Positions 25,731 through 39,497 are shown, numbered from the whole stretch's first letter. The stretch is 57,029 bases of DNA, filler included, from Catajapyx aquilonaris (GCA_000934665.2; 2 parts of 2 records of this genome joined end to end with filler, not necessarily neighbours in it); one strand, 5' to 3'. Program-made: numbers and translations. The notes: generated by a model not told the origin, from the letters alone.

Positions 25731-27271
25731 ATTGAGTGACTTTGTGGTGTGGTTCTGTTCACTGCACTATGCCTTATATGTGCCCTTCACCTTCATATTT
25801 TCACCTATGACATGCCATTCTTAATGGACTTGTTCATAAAGAAATAGCATGTGCAATTCCATTAAGCCTCATGGAGAAGTACCTCCACCAGAAAGGAATA
25901 TTTTCAGTAGCATTATTTTCTTTTTTAACATCGGTGGAATATCAGTTATGTGGTGCTAAATGGACTTGACCTATGCTTCTTTCTTTGCATGAGCAGGGGA
26001 CAAATCAGTATGGAACAAATCAGCATGAGATTGCTGAAATTCATGGGCACAATTCATCTGTTGCACTCTCTTGCAAGTGATTATCAATTGATTTGCATTA
26101 TTTTGCAAGAGAATTTGCAGAGGATGAAAAGATGAAAGTTTTTAGCGAGATGGTTTATTGCACATAATGAAACAAACTTTTGTTCTCTCTGTGTGTGTGT
26201 ATTTTTTTTATACTAATGCACTATACATCATTTCACTTTTCATTCATTTTTCACATTTGATGACCTTATCAGGTGCTACAAGAATCGGATCTTCAAGATG
26301 TTATAAATATACGTAACATGAAGGTACCAGTGCTGTTCAGATAACAATTTGGTAGGCACAGCTACCACAGAAATTAATATTTATACACCCTCACTCGTTT
26401 GCCTTTTCTTAGCCCATGTTAAAAACATCACCCCCAAAAAATTATCCTTCCCTTTTTACTTGAATTGATGAGCTCTTGGTCTATTGTTTTAAGCCTTTTC
26501 ACTAACACATGTGTTGCCGGTACACCTGACGAGTGCAAAAGTGTTGAGAGTTGTAATGAAGCATAACATACCCACCAAACTAATGCATCTCCCAGCTTCA
26601 ACATACAAAAATTCAGTTGAAAGGAGACATTTTGCAAGTTATGCTGTAGAAAAAAAAAACTGGTTGCCTTTTATGGTAAAGTGATGAAAATGAGTGATCT
26701 CATCCTCAGTCATATTTTTGAATTCAGTGGTGAGGAGCCATAAGTGTACCACTGTCCTTGACATGCAAAACCTCAAGACTACTAGCCATACACACGTGAT
26801 AAATATGTACCATACACAATGTTATTTTTAGAGCATCCTCACTGTGTGCCTTTTGGTAATAATGATGCACAGGCTAGAGTAGTACATAGGCTATACCTCC
26901 AAAGATGCAGTTGTAGTGAGTGAGAACATATTTGCTTTATGACTATTGTGCAGTGATTCTAAAATTGTAACGAATTAACACGACCTTATATTATTTTATA
27001 CAGATTTATAACCCGGAGGCTACAGATTTGTGATCTCTGGTTGTAATGTAGGACATAAATTCTATATTGTCTGCATGACTGGATGTTTCCACTAACAGTT
27101 CATCAGGCGAATGAAATAAATTCGATTGAGAGATAGACCAAATTGTCATTTTGGTAGTGGGGTGATTGGCAAAATCAACGTACGGTAGTTTCAAGGATAC
27201 GGTATGCACAATGACGTCTTTGGACCGATGTGGCCACCTGTCGGGCCTTTTGGGAAGTGTCCCGTTCCAAG

Positions 27272-27455
27272 ATGGCAGCTTCCTTGCTGCTCCTCCGAAG
27301 ATGGACCAAAGGGGTTGCGGACGGGCTGTGCCGGCGAGGGGCGGCGGCAGGGGCCTGCAGGGCCTACGGGGCCGGGGCCAGGAGGTGGAGCTCCTCCACC
27401 AAGGCGAAGGCAGCCATGCAGACTGCCTACGAGGACACCAAGGCCATGTGCAAGT
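27272..27455 (+). CDS. Probable first coding exon of an unidentified mitochondrial-targeted protein (partial)
   Basis: CAAGATGG start, Arg/Ala/Ser-rich presequence-like peptide MAASLLLLRRWTKG...ARRWSSS, GC-rich island, GTAAGC donor at 27456 (phase 1). No downstream exon is found before the assembly gap. Confidence 0.6.
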
Positions 27456-27891
27456 GTAAGCACCTCATCTGCTCATGCCTTTACATCTTGACACATTTGT
27501 GGGACAGCCAGCCGGCTGGGGTCTGAGTTTTGTCCCTTCACTGGATGGAGAGTAAGATGAAGAGCAATTTCATCACGTGGATAATATAAAATGAATTGAC
27601 ATAGTGGCAAGCCATGGTCATGGTCTAAGAAGTTCCATGGTCAATGCATGTTGTAATTAAAAGGTATAACTATAAATTGACCTCGTGTGACTGACTTTAG
27701 AATGTGCCATTTTGCTTTTGAGGACTTGCTGGTAGAGCTAGGGCCAAGAAAAGAAAGCAGAAAATATGCACTATGATATATGGCTTTTTTGGGATCAGAC
27801 ATGTAGTGACTACCTACCTGAATTTTAAGGAAATTTTACTGCAAGTGTATTTTAAATTGAACTTGCTTATTATCATTAATTTTAGTCGTAA

Positions 27892-28468
27892 CTAGCAGGA
27901 TACCCGGCGTTGCTCGGGTTATGAAATACTTTTCCATAGGAGTGACCCATTGATTTGGTAGTAATCTTTGCAATAATTATGGCTATACAATGTCGGCATA
28001 CCTGTAACATGGAGCATTGCATTTATACATGAAGTCCAAGCAACACACTAAGGATGTCATATTGTAAGAAAATACACAATGCACCTCCAAAATCCAGCAA
28101 AAGTATGTAATGAAAAATTGAAGGTTGTGCAGTAAATGTAGAATGTAGAAGCTCCAGCATGGCAGAGCTTACAATCTGACATCCATTGTGTGTTTCTTGG
28201 ACTTGATGCACATGCACATGGTATGGCCAATTACGTTCATAATTGCATAGATGAACCGTGTTGTCTCGAAGCTTCAACACAATATCCCTCTTATTACCAT
28301 GCTCCTGACCACTCATGATGACAGCAATCTCATTGCAAGAAGGTTGATTGAATCGACCACGATGCTCGCCCTGTGGTCGCTTGTCTGCATCGATGACCAA
28401 GTCAAATTCCAGAGGAGGAGGACTCTCAAGTGCTAGTTTGAAGCTCTTGACATGAGTGGAATGAATCA
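27892..28468 (-). mobile_element. Helitron remnant (3' end plus Rep/helicase fragment)
   Basis: Peptide VIDADKRPQGEHRGRFNQPSCNEIAVIMSG...RDIVL matches Helitron Rep-Hel proteins. The minus-strand 3' terminus has the hairpin ACCCGAGCAACGCCGGGT then CTAG|T. Truncated by the gap. Confidence 0.85.
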
Positions 28469-28568
28469 NNNNNNNNNNNNNNNNNNNNNNNNNNNNNNNN
28501 NNNNNNNNNNNNTTAATTAATTAANNNNNNNNNNNNNNNNNNNNNNNNNNNNNNNNNNNNNNNNNNNN
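28469..28568. other. Artificial scaffold join (44 N + TTAATTAATTAA + 44 N)
   Basis: Exactly 100 nt and symmetric. The central 12-mer has stops in all six frames, typical of a synthetic contig spacer. Confidence 0.9.
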
Positions 28569-29149
28569 GTTGGAAATGGAACAGATAAATGAAAAAAAAA
28601 AAACCTTCCTAGGTGCAATGCAAGCCAAGAATATGACATTCACACTCTTTCGGTCGGCCATCTTGGATATATGGTTATTGCTGTAGTTGCCCAAAGTTGT
28701 CGACGCGACAACCAAGTTTAATTTGTTGAGGGACCCCATCGGTGTACAAATCAATCGAAAAAGTTTATAGGAAACAACATTTCCAGGTTACCAGCCCACC
28801 TAATCGACTACTACCTTGCTACTACTTACTGTTAGTCCTCTAGCTGACTCTAATGAAAAATGCCGCCCGCCAATCCTGGCCAATCACATGGCACAATTTT
28901 TTAAATATACAGTTCCATGCTCAAAACTGCTTAATCGTTTATAATTTAATTCAGTACATATTTTTCCCACGCCATGCATTCCAAATGACGATGCCTTGTC
29001 ATACACGTAACACCCGCGATGTCAGCTGATTTCCCAATCCTATCTATACCATCGTAGGGGTGCGCTAATCGGATGCGCATTCGTCCCTTGGCCAGCCTTC
29101 AGCTTTGGCAGTCTGAGAGGAAGAGACCGACCTTCGTCCTCCTTCAGCC

Positions 29150-32100
29150 ATGGCGTACTCACTTCGGGTCGTCTCCTTTCAGGTAAGTCTTTTTGCCGGG
29201 ATTTGCCGGATATCTGTAAGTCGGCCAGCATTTGGGGCCAGACGGTCATGTTGGTATGCCCAGCTTTTGTTATGGGTATGTCATGGGTAGTGAGGTTATG
29301 TGGCTCTGAGGGGTCATCACAGATGAGCAGGACCTTTAACCCGTCGCTGTTCGGATTCTTCCTATTGCACACCGCTGTTGGGGAGAAGTAGCTGGGATAC
29401 TATGGAAGGATGCGGCTTGTTGACTTTACAGGGCTTTCGCAGCGGACGGTCAGCGGAACCCCATCGTGGCTGCTAACTACTCTGTTACCATAGCCTCAGA
29501 AGGTTAAGCCGGGTTAAGCATTGGGCAGTTGAAGTGGCCTAGGTGCCATTTAAAGCTGTCCCAAGTTTCATTTAAAGTTGGCCGTCATTTGGATCCCAGC
29601 CCAAAATGTAGGCTAGTTATGGAGCACAGAAGAGAGATGTGGAATTCACAAATGAGGACTGCGATAGCATGGTGTGATTATTAGATGCTTATCGTGTGTC
29701 ACTTAGAAGTCAAGCACTTGATACCAAAATCAAATTTAATATCTGTTGATGCCCCCTGTTTACAACCCAATGGTAGGGCAAACTTTTTTACAAGGGTAGA
29801 TCCATGTTAAGATTACTGGCAGGGGCATTTCAAAGCTACAAAGGTCAGAAAATGGGAGAACGGCATGGACATGTTCAAAAAGTTGTGTGAAAATGTGTCT
29901 TTTTAGGGGATATTTTTTTGCAGGTTTTTATTCCTGTTCGTTACATTTTCATGCTCTTTAACTGTAATTGGGATTAAATGCAGCAGAAATAAGTTCATGG
30001 TGCACAGAAAATATTTAGTGCTCCCAGGTTGAGCTGGGCATGTGCCAAAAAAGTTGGACTTTTGCCCAGAGTATTATATAACGAATAGGTCTAATAATGG
30101 GTAGCGCACACCTGATGCACCAACTGCTGTCTATAGAATGAGAATGCAAACTGCAAGATTTAATATGAAAAATCAATTTGGAGAGTTCACTGTATCACTC
30201 CTGAAGTCACTGCAAAACCTCCTTTCCAGGGCATGTGGGCTTGCCTACTGAAAAGCCAGCAACGATGCTTCAGTTCAACCCCCTTGGTGGCGGCCAAGAC
30301 GGTTCCCATGAGCCGTTTCGACAAGAATGACGCCCTCCCCTACGAAAAGCTGACAAGTAACCTACATGTGGTCCGCAAGCGCCTGAACCGCCCACTGACC
30401 CTCTCTGAGAAAGTCTTGTACTCCCATTTGGATGAACCCAATAAGCAGGACATTGTGCGTGGGGAAAGCTACTTGCGCCTTCGCCCTGATCGAGTGGCCA
30501 TGCAAGATGCTACTGCCCAGATGGCTATGATGCAGTTCATCTCCTCAGGTCTTCCTCGTGTGGCCGTACCTTCTACCATCCACTGTGATCACTTGATTGA
30601 GGCACAAGTTGGCGGCGATCAAGATCTGGCTAGAGCAAAGGATGTAAATGAAGAGGTGTACAAATTTCTTTCCTCTTCTGGAGCCAAATATGGTCTTGGG
30701 TTCTGGAAGCCTGGTTCAGGGATCATTCATCAGGTAACATTGGCTCATGGCATGTTAAACCAAGAATAATGTGTCATTTTACTTTTCAGATACTTTTGGA
30801 AAACTACTGCTTCCCTGGATTACTCATGATTGGCACTGACTCTCATACCCCCAACGGCGGTGGGTTGGGCTGCCTCTGCATTGGTGTGGGTGGAGCAGAC
30901 GCTGTTGACGTGATGGCAAACATCCCCTGGGAGCTCAAGTGCCCCAAGGTGCGTCTTATTGAACAATTGGGAAAGAAGACAATGCCAAAGTGCTCTTTTG
31001 CAGGTGATTGGTGTTAAGCTAACTGGTTCTCTGCAAGGGTGGACGTCTCCAAAAGACGTCATTCTCAAGGTAGCCGGTATTCTCACCGTAAAGGGAGGCA
31101 CTGGAGCCATCATCGAATATCATGGTCCGGGAGTTGATTCCATTTCTTGCACAGGTATTTTGTTTGACTGTTGGAGGTAATTCAAAGAGACTGATTTGCA
31201 TTGTGTGTTAGGAATGGCAACTATTTGCAATATGGGAGCTGAAATCGGAGCCACCACCTCACTGTTCCCCTATAACAAGCGCATGGCCGATTACTTGAAT
31301 GCAACAGGACGAGGTGATGTTGCATCTCTTGCCAATGATTACCAAAAGGAATTATTGACACCTGACAATGGTGCTCCATACGACCAGGTAGGTTTCTGCT
31401 AATTCCATGTGTTTGTAGTATTAATTGCCATCCATGCAGGTCATAGAGCTGGATCTCAATACACTGGAACCACATGTAAATGGGCCATTTACCCCTGACT
31501 TGGCCCATCCCATTGGTGAATTGGGAAAAACAGCAAAGAGCAAGGGCTGGCCCACTGACATCCGTGTTGGTAAGCTTCTTGAATTATGCTGTAGGGTGCA
31601 CATTTTCAGCGCATTTTATTTTACAGGTTTAATTGGAAGCTGCACGAACTCCAGCTATGAAGACATGGGACGATGTGCCAGTATTGTGAAGCAGGCTCTT
31701 GCACATGGCCTGAAAGCCAAGTGCACCTTCAATGTGACCCCAGGCTCAGAGCAGGTCCGCGCCACAATTGAGAGGGATGGCATTGTAAGTGACTGTCTAG
31801 TAACTGATAAACAGCTTTGACAATGTTAGCTTATATCTAGGCGCAAACTCTTCGGGATTTTGGTGGCACCGTTTTGGCGAATGCTTGCGGTCCATGCATC
31901 GGACAGTGGGACCGTAAGGATGTGAAGAAGGGAGAGAAAAACACCATTGTGTCATCCTACAATCGTAATTTCACTGGAAGGAATGATGCCAACCCTGCCA
32001 CCCATGCATTTGTCACCTCTCCTGAACTGGTCACTGCTCTGTCACTGGTTGGAAACCTGGAATTTGATCCTCGAAAGGACAAGCTGAAGGGTGCTGATGG

Positions 32101-34990
32101 CAAGGAATTCCTCTTGGACAGTCCCTACGGTGATGAACTGCCCAAGATGGGCTTTGACCCTGGCCAGGATACTTTCCAGGCTCCACCAGCTGATGGAAGC
32201 AATGTGAAGGTTAATGTGGACATTAAGTCCCAACGATTGCAACTGCTGGACCCTTTTGACAAGTGGGATGGCAAGGATCTTGTGGACATGGCCATTCTCA
32301 TCAAGGTGAAGGGAAAGTGCACCACAGATCATATCTCAGCTGCTGGACCATGGCTGAAGTACCGTGGACATCTGGACAACATCTCGAACAATATGTTTAT
32401 TGGGCAAGTATCATTGTGCAATCAGACCTGCAAGCAGTTTTCTTACTTGACTCATCCACAGAGCTGTGAATGCAGACAACAATGAAGTCAACAAGGTCAA
32501 GAGTCTGATCGATGGCACCGTCGCCGGTGTTCCCGAGACAGCCCGCAGCTACAAGGCAAAGGGTCTGAAATGGTGTGTTGTTGGAGATGAGAACTACGGT
32601 GAGGGAAGCAGCAGGGAACATGCTGCCCTGGAGCCACGCCATCTGGGTGGGCGTGCCATAATTGTAAAGTCCTTTGCCCGCATCCATGAGACGAACCTGA
32701 AGAAGCAGGGTCTGCTTCCTCTCACTTTTGCCAATGCCTCTGACTATGACAAGATCCAACCCACAGACCGCATCACCCTGCTGGACTTGAAGAACTTCGC
32801 CCCTGGAAAGGTAACACATGACTTTTTATCAGCAAGATGTAATCTGTGGTCATGCTAGTGCAGTTCTAAGTCATATGACTCCACAGCATGATCTCACAGG
32901 AGGACTATGCAGTTTGCAACAGTCCCTTCACCATTGCATTTATCAGATGCATAGTGAACGGACTTTCAAAAAGGAGGTAACTAATTTTGAAGTGAGACAT
33001 GAGGATTTGAATATTTTTGCTGGTTGAGCTCCTTTAATTCCGTAAGTACGGCAAAAATATTCAAATTCGCGTGTTCTTGCCGTGAACTGCCACGGCCTGG
33101 CCACCAAAACCATCAATGATGGCAGACCTTTACGCCCTGCCCGCACCCTATTTAGCCCTCGTTGGCCCTGGCCGGCGACTCGCGACCGAATGCAAGTGTT
33201 GTGGCTTTGGAACATTGCCTTTTGGCTGTATTTTCACCCTGCTAACGTGGAACGTTAGAAAATAGAAAAATTTCCAAAATTCAGGAGGGTAAGAAAAGTT
33301 ACTTTGGTTGTGAGTGTAAAGGACGGACAAGTGCTTGAATGAGTAATGACATTCACCATATCTTCAATATGTGTACGTTGTGTCCTTCTGTCATTAAAAC
33401 ACTCCAGGCTAAAAAATGTTTTACCTTACTTTCCAGAGAAAGGGATATTGACCCAAAACAAATTTTCTATGTAAGCCACATACTTCAAGTTTTTATCTAG
33501 AGATGTTGCATGTGGCTGCCATGTGCCACATGGCTGGTACAAGCTGTAGAGAATTCCAGTCAAACCTGCTGTGGCATGTCTTATTTATCATGTGAAACCA
33601 TACTGACAGGCATGACCTACATATGACTGCTGTAAATTTTCTGATTCAGCAATAAGAAAGTCATATCATCATTTTTCCACATGATGGGGTCTTGTTTCAC
33701 AACTATCAAAATGTAAGAGCCACTCAGCTGAGGACTTATATCCAAGCTTGTTTTGTTCACAGTGAAATCATTGCTTAGTGTATGGGATCCCCTGAATTGA
33801 TACCTCTGTACTTTTGGGATACATAAAATGCAGCATGTATATGCCACTTTCCAAACACCCTCCAGCAACGGCAACAGTTGATCATTTTTGCAGCGTGTAA
33901 AATATGGAAAAATACCTGCCTTAGCTGTTTGGATGGAAATTCCATAATTGCTATACTTGCCACATGGCTAGTGGCAGATACATTCAACATTCCTAGAAAA
34001 AAACTTGAAGTAATGTAGTCTCTACTGATCAAATATATTTCAGGTAAATATCACTTTTCATTCAAACACTTTTTTATTTCAAAATTGGTTACCTACTTTT
34101 GGAAAAGCCCTGCTGATCGAAACTGACTTAGTGACCTACGCTATGTTGGCTATCCCAATGAATTTATGAGAACAGAATATGTAAATGGTGTCCATAACAT
34201 ACAAATTTCAAAAGGTGCAAGTATTTCGTAAGTTAGTATGTCTATGCAAAAGTTGGTGCAAGTTTTTGTAAAGATAGAAAATCTGTAACACTTGTTTTAT
34301 CAAAATATTGACCATCACTTTCAATAACCGTTTGCTCACATTGGGGCAGCAGATGAATGCCCCGGTGGTGAACATTTCTGGGCTTGGATTCAAAGAAGTC
34401 AACCACCCATTTCCTCAACATTAGTGAAACTGGCAAAATTCTCGCCAGACAAGCCATGTTGCATAGAACGGAACAGGTGGTAATCTGAAGGGGAAATGTC
34501 TGACGAGTATGTTGGGTGACAAAGCACCAGCAATGTTGCTCTCACCCTGGCCCTGGTTTAAAAACAAAGGGAAAACAGTGGCGAAGGTGGATCTTGTTGG
34601 GGGTTGATCTCAAAATGAGGGCAAAACAGCGACTGATAGAGCAAAACTTGAAAAATTATCCTGATGAAAGTCTTGCGCATGTTTGTTGAGTCACCCTGCC
34701 ACCACAAAACAAATGCGGATGTCAAATTTCTGAAGTTATTGACCACGCAGTCAACTGCATGAACTTTTGCATAGATCTAATAGAATCTAATGTCATGCAT
34801 GATATCAGGGCTTTATAACATGCAAACTGGTGTTACATGTGCTCTTATCTTCCAGCCTGTCAAGTGTGAAATCAAGCATGCTGACGGTACCAAGGACACC
34901 ATCAACCTCAACCACTCAATGAATGAACAGCAGATTGCCTGGTTCAGGGCTGGCAGTGCTCTCAACCGCATGAAGGAGCTGAACAAGTAG
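29150..34990 (+). CDS. ACO2: Mitochondrial aconitate hydratase (about 785 aa)
   Basis: Exons 29150-29182 ([11 protein letters not shown]), 30230-30733, 30790-30948, 31004-31154, 31212-31387, 31440-31569, 31627-31784, 31841-32403, 32462-32810, 34856-34990 (2358 nt). Motifs HCDH, GTDSHT, GSCTNSS, CGPCIG, SYNRNF and GSSREHA are intact. AATAAA at 35315-35320. Confidence 0.97.
34210..34560 (-). pseudogene. Mariner transposase C-terminal remnant in the last aconitase intron
   Basis: Frameshifted [23 protein letters not shown] and [22 protein letters not shown]...[10 protein letters not shown], similar to the mariner YSPDLAPSDYHLF region and C-terminus. Confidence 0.75.
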
Positions 34991-35939
34991 ACGTGATAAA
35001 GTGCAACATTGGTAGTGCATGCCACAAGACTGTAACAGTTGAGGTGGTACCAACAATCCTGGGCAAAACTGTATAGTAGCAGTGTGTGCTTGTTTTTCTT
35101 TGGCATGTTATTTCCATTGGTGCTGGATCCCATCTTTCTGGGTTGGTACTAGAAGCAATGAAATGGAAATTGGGTGTCATGGCATTGTTACAGGTTACTT
35201 GAGGCATTAGTGATTTCTTACAGCAAGTCAAAAAAGTCAATTCACTATTATTGTAGCTACGCCATTGAGGGACTCAGCTCATCATACCTGGCATCTGTTA
35301 GTCACTGAAAAGACAATAAATTGACCTAGTCGCATCAGTGATAGAGTAGTCAGGAACAACTACAATGTATTATTAGTTATGTATTATGAACCAATTGATC
35401 TACATCATCATCATTGCAGTCAACAGCAGCAGGAGCTCCTTGTAGATATATGTGTACAGGAAGCACTTGAGAAAGTAAACATGTGAATATGTTCCAATTT
35501 TGTGGATTTTTCTGCAGTTACCTACAGTTGGAACATGCTAAGAAGAATGTTGTGCAATCATTAACGAAAACTTCACTTTCTTAGTCCCATATACTGTAAA
35601 ACTTCTATAAGTCGAATCTCCATGGGACCGGGAAAAAACTTCGAGTTATAGAACATTCGAGTTAGAGAAGTTTGGAATATTTAAAGCACATAACTCTATG
35701 AGGAAGGCTACCTTTATATCCAGCGACGAAAGGTGTTCAAAACTTAAAAATAACTCACTATCACATTTACAATGTTCCTCATTGTTTTGTTGCAAAAAAA
35801 ATCGTTATTGACATTTGCCTACTCTTAGATCGGCTCTCACTAAAGGATTCAATTGTCACAATCGAGTCAAACGCTTCTTTCGGTAGACCAGCAGTTCTCA
35901 AACTTTTGCCACATCGGGCCCCCCTAGAAAGTAATTTCA

Positions 35940-36048
35940 ACCATGGGAAACCACAGAAAACCACGTTCAGGATCGCCGGCCCCGGGAATCGAACCCAGGA
36001 CCTCCCAATTAGCAGTCAGACTCCTTAACCACTACACCAACCTGCTTC
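35940..36048 (-). mobile_element. tRNA-derived SINE, family A (5' portion)
   Basis: Minus-strand A box TGGTGTAGTGG and B box GGTTCGATTCC. Homologous to the copies at 37009-37324 and 42946-43193. Confidence 0.75.
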
Positions 36049-36111
36049 AATTCCTGTATATTTATATTCATGGGTGACATATTGGGCCTCACCATTGGCT
36101 CTGTCTATATA

Positions 36112-37508
36112 CAGTGTGTTCCAAATTCGCAGGTCACTTTCTGCCAACTAATATTTCCCGGAAGGAGTTATCTTTTTGTAGCTTGATGCGCCCCGATCCT
36201 TGCGCCATATTATTCCCAGCAATGGTCGAATATAGCATCTGGGGTGATAATTGGGTTCAGCTCATCACCTGGTTAAGCAGCTCCTGATGATGAAATATCC
36301 CATCTGCGACCACGACATGGAAATATATAAATAGTGTGCTGGAGAGGACCAAGCATTTAATATCTACAATGGCAGCAAATTGCCACAGCAGCGGGACACC
36401 ATGTGTCCCGCATACATAAACAGCGAGCTGTGTGATAATAATTTTGTATGGTGTTAACAAGAAGCAGGTAGCAACTGCTGCTGAGGTGTAGGCATTGAGG
36501 TATCCTTCTCAGCGAAGACCCAGTGCCAAGTTCATCTGAAATCTGGTGAAGTGACTGCAACAGCATGGGACATTTGCTCCACTGCCTTGTACCACCTGCA
36601 GGCGCCCTGCGAAGTTGCTGTCAGGACCTACGTGGCTGCCCACCCGCACACAGGGATCTGGATGATAGCCCGTGTTTGTGATTCCAGCCTAGGTACTATG
36701 CACCGAATCCTGCATGGTGCCACATATCACCCATACAAGATCCACCTGGTACAGGCCTTGCGCGAGGGAGATGACAGCAGGCACCTGCACTTCTGCCGAT
36801 GGCTCCTTTCCCAGGAGGCTACTTTTTCACATTGGGTCCTCTGGTCGGATGAGGCACACTTCACCCGGAGTGGTATAGTAAACCGTCATGACATGCATTA
36901 TTGGGCCCAGACAAATCTGCACTGGGTACGTCCAAAGCACTTCCAGGACAACTGGCGAGTCAACGTATGGTGTGGCATCATAGGCGACATCATAGTTGGC
37001 CTGTACTTTAATAATTTTTTTTTTTTTTTTTAAATTGATACCCCATTATCAGCCCTTTGGGCTTTATTAGGGGGGGATTTCTCCCAATTTTTTGTCTGGA
37101 ACTCTTTCCATTTTTACTATACTTTTTCATCGGAATTGAGGCAAGGATAGGTAAGGAAGGAAGCGGCTGTGGCCTATAATTACGGTAACGACTCCGGAAT
37201 TATCCTGCGATGACCATGGGAAACCACAGAAAACCATGATCAGGGTCGCCGGCCTCCGGGATTCGAACCCAGGACCTCCCGATTAGCAGTCGGACACCAT
37301 ACCACTCCACCACTACTGCTTCGGTAGTTGGCCTGTACTTATCATCTGCCGAGCGACAAATGAAGTTCATATCGAAACAAACTAAGGTGAGACCAAAACA
37401 TTTGACCTTTCTTAGTAGTATTTCAAAACTTAAATCATTAAGATATGTCCGCAAGTTTTTGAGTTATAGGGTTTTTAAAATGGGACATTCTTTTTCCAAT
37501 GACCCTGT
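36112..37508 (+). mobile_element. Degenerate Tc1/mariner-superfamily (Tc3-like) element
   Basis: ORF 36551-37008 with HPYKIHLVQAL...VLWSDEAHFTRSGIVNRH...VNVWCGI. TA-CAG left end. Interrupted by a SINE. Boundaries approximate. Confidence 0.75.
37009..37324 (-). mobile_element. Full-length tRNA-derived SINE, family A, inserted into the transposase
   Basis: 16-bp TSD TAGTTGGCCTGTACTT at 36993-37008 and 37325-37340, poly(A) tail seen as a T-run near 37015-37031, A/B boxes. Confidence 0.9.
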
Positions 37509-38411
37509 TAGCTGATTCTGTGGGGGCACTACCTAGTGAATGTACCATCGGCCGAAGATAGCTGACTTCAAGAATCACATTTGACAAAGATAAGCTGCTT
37601 TGACAAAGGACCTGTTCAAGCAGCCCCGCTACCTAAACGGCAACCATCTTGCGCATCTTGTAGTGTATAATCTATGCACCTAGTTTTACGCTCAAGGCCG
37701 CTGTGTTCGCCACTGACTGTATCTTTGATGTGGTTGGGGTTGCTACCTAGCGGCCTTGGTAGGATTCAAAACATGTTGTCACGTGGTGAACTGTTTTATT
37801 AGTTGATTTAGAGGCAGGAAAACTCGTGTGGTTTTTACCCCGTAAAAATGTTGTAAGAATATTCGTGTGAGACAAATGCCGCCTCAGGGAACCGATATGC
37901 GAAATGCAAGCCCCATCGAGATATCACGCGTTTGCCCAATCGCGTATCTCTCCCTCTCTCCCTCTCCTCTCTCTCATTCTCCCCTAACAGAGAGACAGGA
38001 GCGAGGGGCGGACTCAAGATGGCGTTCGTTGGCAAAGCAAGGGCGAACTCTTTCTCCAAACTGATGAAGGTCACCCTTTAGAAGCATTCTTCCATTGAAT
38101 GACATATATTAGAGTGGCTGGACAGCAACATTTTGATCCAACTCCCCTGCGTTGCCAAGTTTCAGTGATCTGCTCCAATCTAATGACACGAATCATTGAG
38201 CCATGTGGGTGGCCTTTCTTTGCCAGGATAACCTTGAACAGGTCCTTTCCCTGATTTCCTCCTCTTGTTATGGCCCCAAGATAACTCTAATTTCAACCTG
38301 CACCTTTGGCTCATTAGATACGCCTTTACTTGAAGACTTAATGGCAGTGCCAGAGCTCAAAAACTACAAAATAATGAAGATAGCTGCTTTTGGCAGCCAC
38401 TTCCTCATATA

Positions 38412-38839
38412 CAGGGTGTCCGTGAACCGACCAGTCAGATCTGTACCCGTGGCTCCATTGACACCAGAGGATCATGTTATGTAGAGGAGTCATTATGTCT
38501 GGGCAGCCTCATTACTGATATAATTGCCTTTATACGACAAGTACAAAGTATCCTGGGAGGTATGGAAACCTTCAGCCCCAAAATCGCATCACGGGTGAAA
38601 ATAGCAGCTTTTCCATTTGGCTACTAGCACTTCACACGTGCACTGCATGTCGCATGTGATCTGTGACAATCTGTAACAATCTGTGACAATCGCTCTTAGG
38701 CCCAATCGCTAAATCGCAAGTGATCAATTATCTCAGTAATGAGGCTGCCCAGACATAATGACTCCTCTACATAACATGATCCTCTCGTGTCATTTAAGCC
38801 CCGGGTACAGGTCTGACTGGTCGGTTCACGGACACCCTG
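38412..38839. mobile_element. Tc1/mariner-type MITE with about 115-bp TIRs
   Basis: TA|CAGGGTGTCCGTGAACCG...CGGTTCACGGACACCCTG|TA. Confidence 0.88.
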
Positions 38840-39016
38840 TATAACCACAGCGTTCGATGTGGCTCTTGCAATTGCCAATAAGTGGCAATATCTGGATTTT
38901 AGCCTTGAAGGCCATGACAGTTAGGAAGATAAAAATACAGACATTTCATAAAGTAAGATAAGTGAATTATTTTTTCTTCCTGTCCTGAATGTTCAGTATT
39001 ATAAAATTAACATCTA

Positions 39017-39497
39017 CAGTGGAGCATCGATTATCCGAACACTGATCAACCGAACCATCAGCGTAGTGTAATGGTACTGCTAAGTTAACAGCAACTAGTA
39101 ATATGATGAAAATTCCACCTGATGTTTTTGGTTGAAAAACATCACCTCCACCTGCCCGTGGCACAGACACACCTTCCACTTCCTTCGCTCTCAAGTTCAC
39201 CAAATCCAATCATCTGCATGCAGAAAGAGTAGGGCATGGACTCCTTTGCAATGATAGGTGCTGTGGGGGAGTATAACATGCCCATCCAAATATAGTCTTA
39301 GTTGCTTGAGCTCCTTCCTATTCCAGCAAACAAACCTAACACAAATTAGTTGAACAACTCCAGTTATCCAGACTTCTTGAACATCCACACAAGACTACTG
39401 ACAATGAGAGTCCTGCTGTGCATGTAGGCATGCTGCCTATTTTCCATTACCTGGACATCTCTTGTTCTGTTCAGTTCATATAATGAGGACTCCACTG
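39017..39497. mobile_element. pogo/Tigger-like non-autonomous element
   Basis: TA|CAGTGGAG...CTCCACTG|TA termini. Confidence 0.6.

Noticed and set aside
27272..27455. This presequence exon as aconitase exon 1
   Set aside because: It ends in phase 1 while the aconitase acceptor needs phase 0, it lies across a synthetic join, and 29150-29182 fits better.
28513..28524. TTAATTAATTAA as a biological site or TSD
   Set aside because: It is centred in symmetric N runs, so it is a scaffolding spacer.
29095..29150. Iron-responsive element in the aconitase 5' UTR, as in vertebrate ACO2
   Set aside because: Only CAGTCT is present rather than CAGTGN, and the flanks do not form the 5-bp upper stem.
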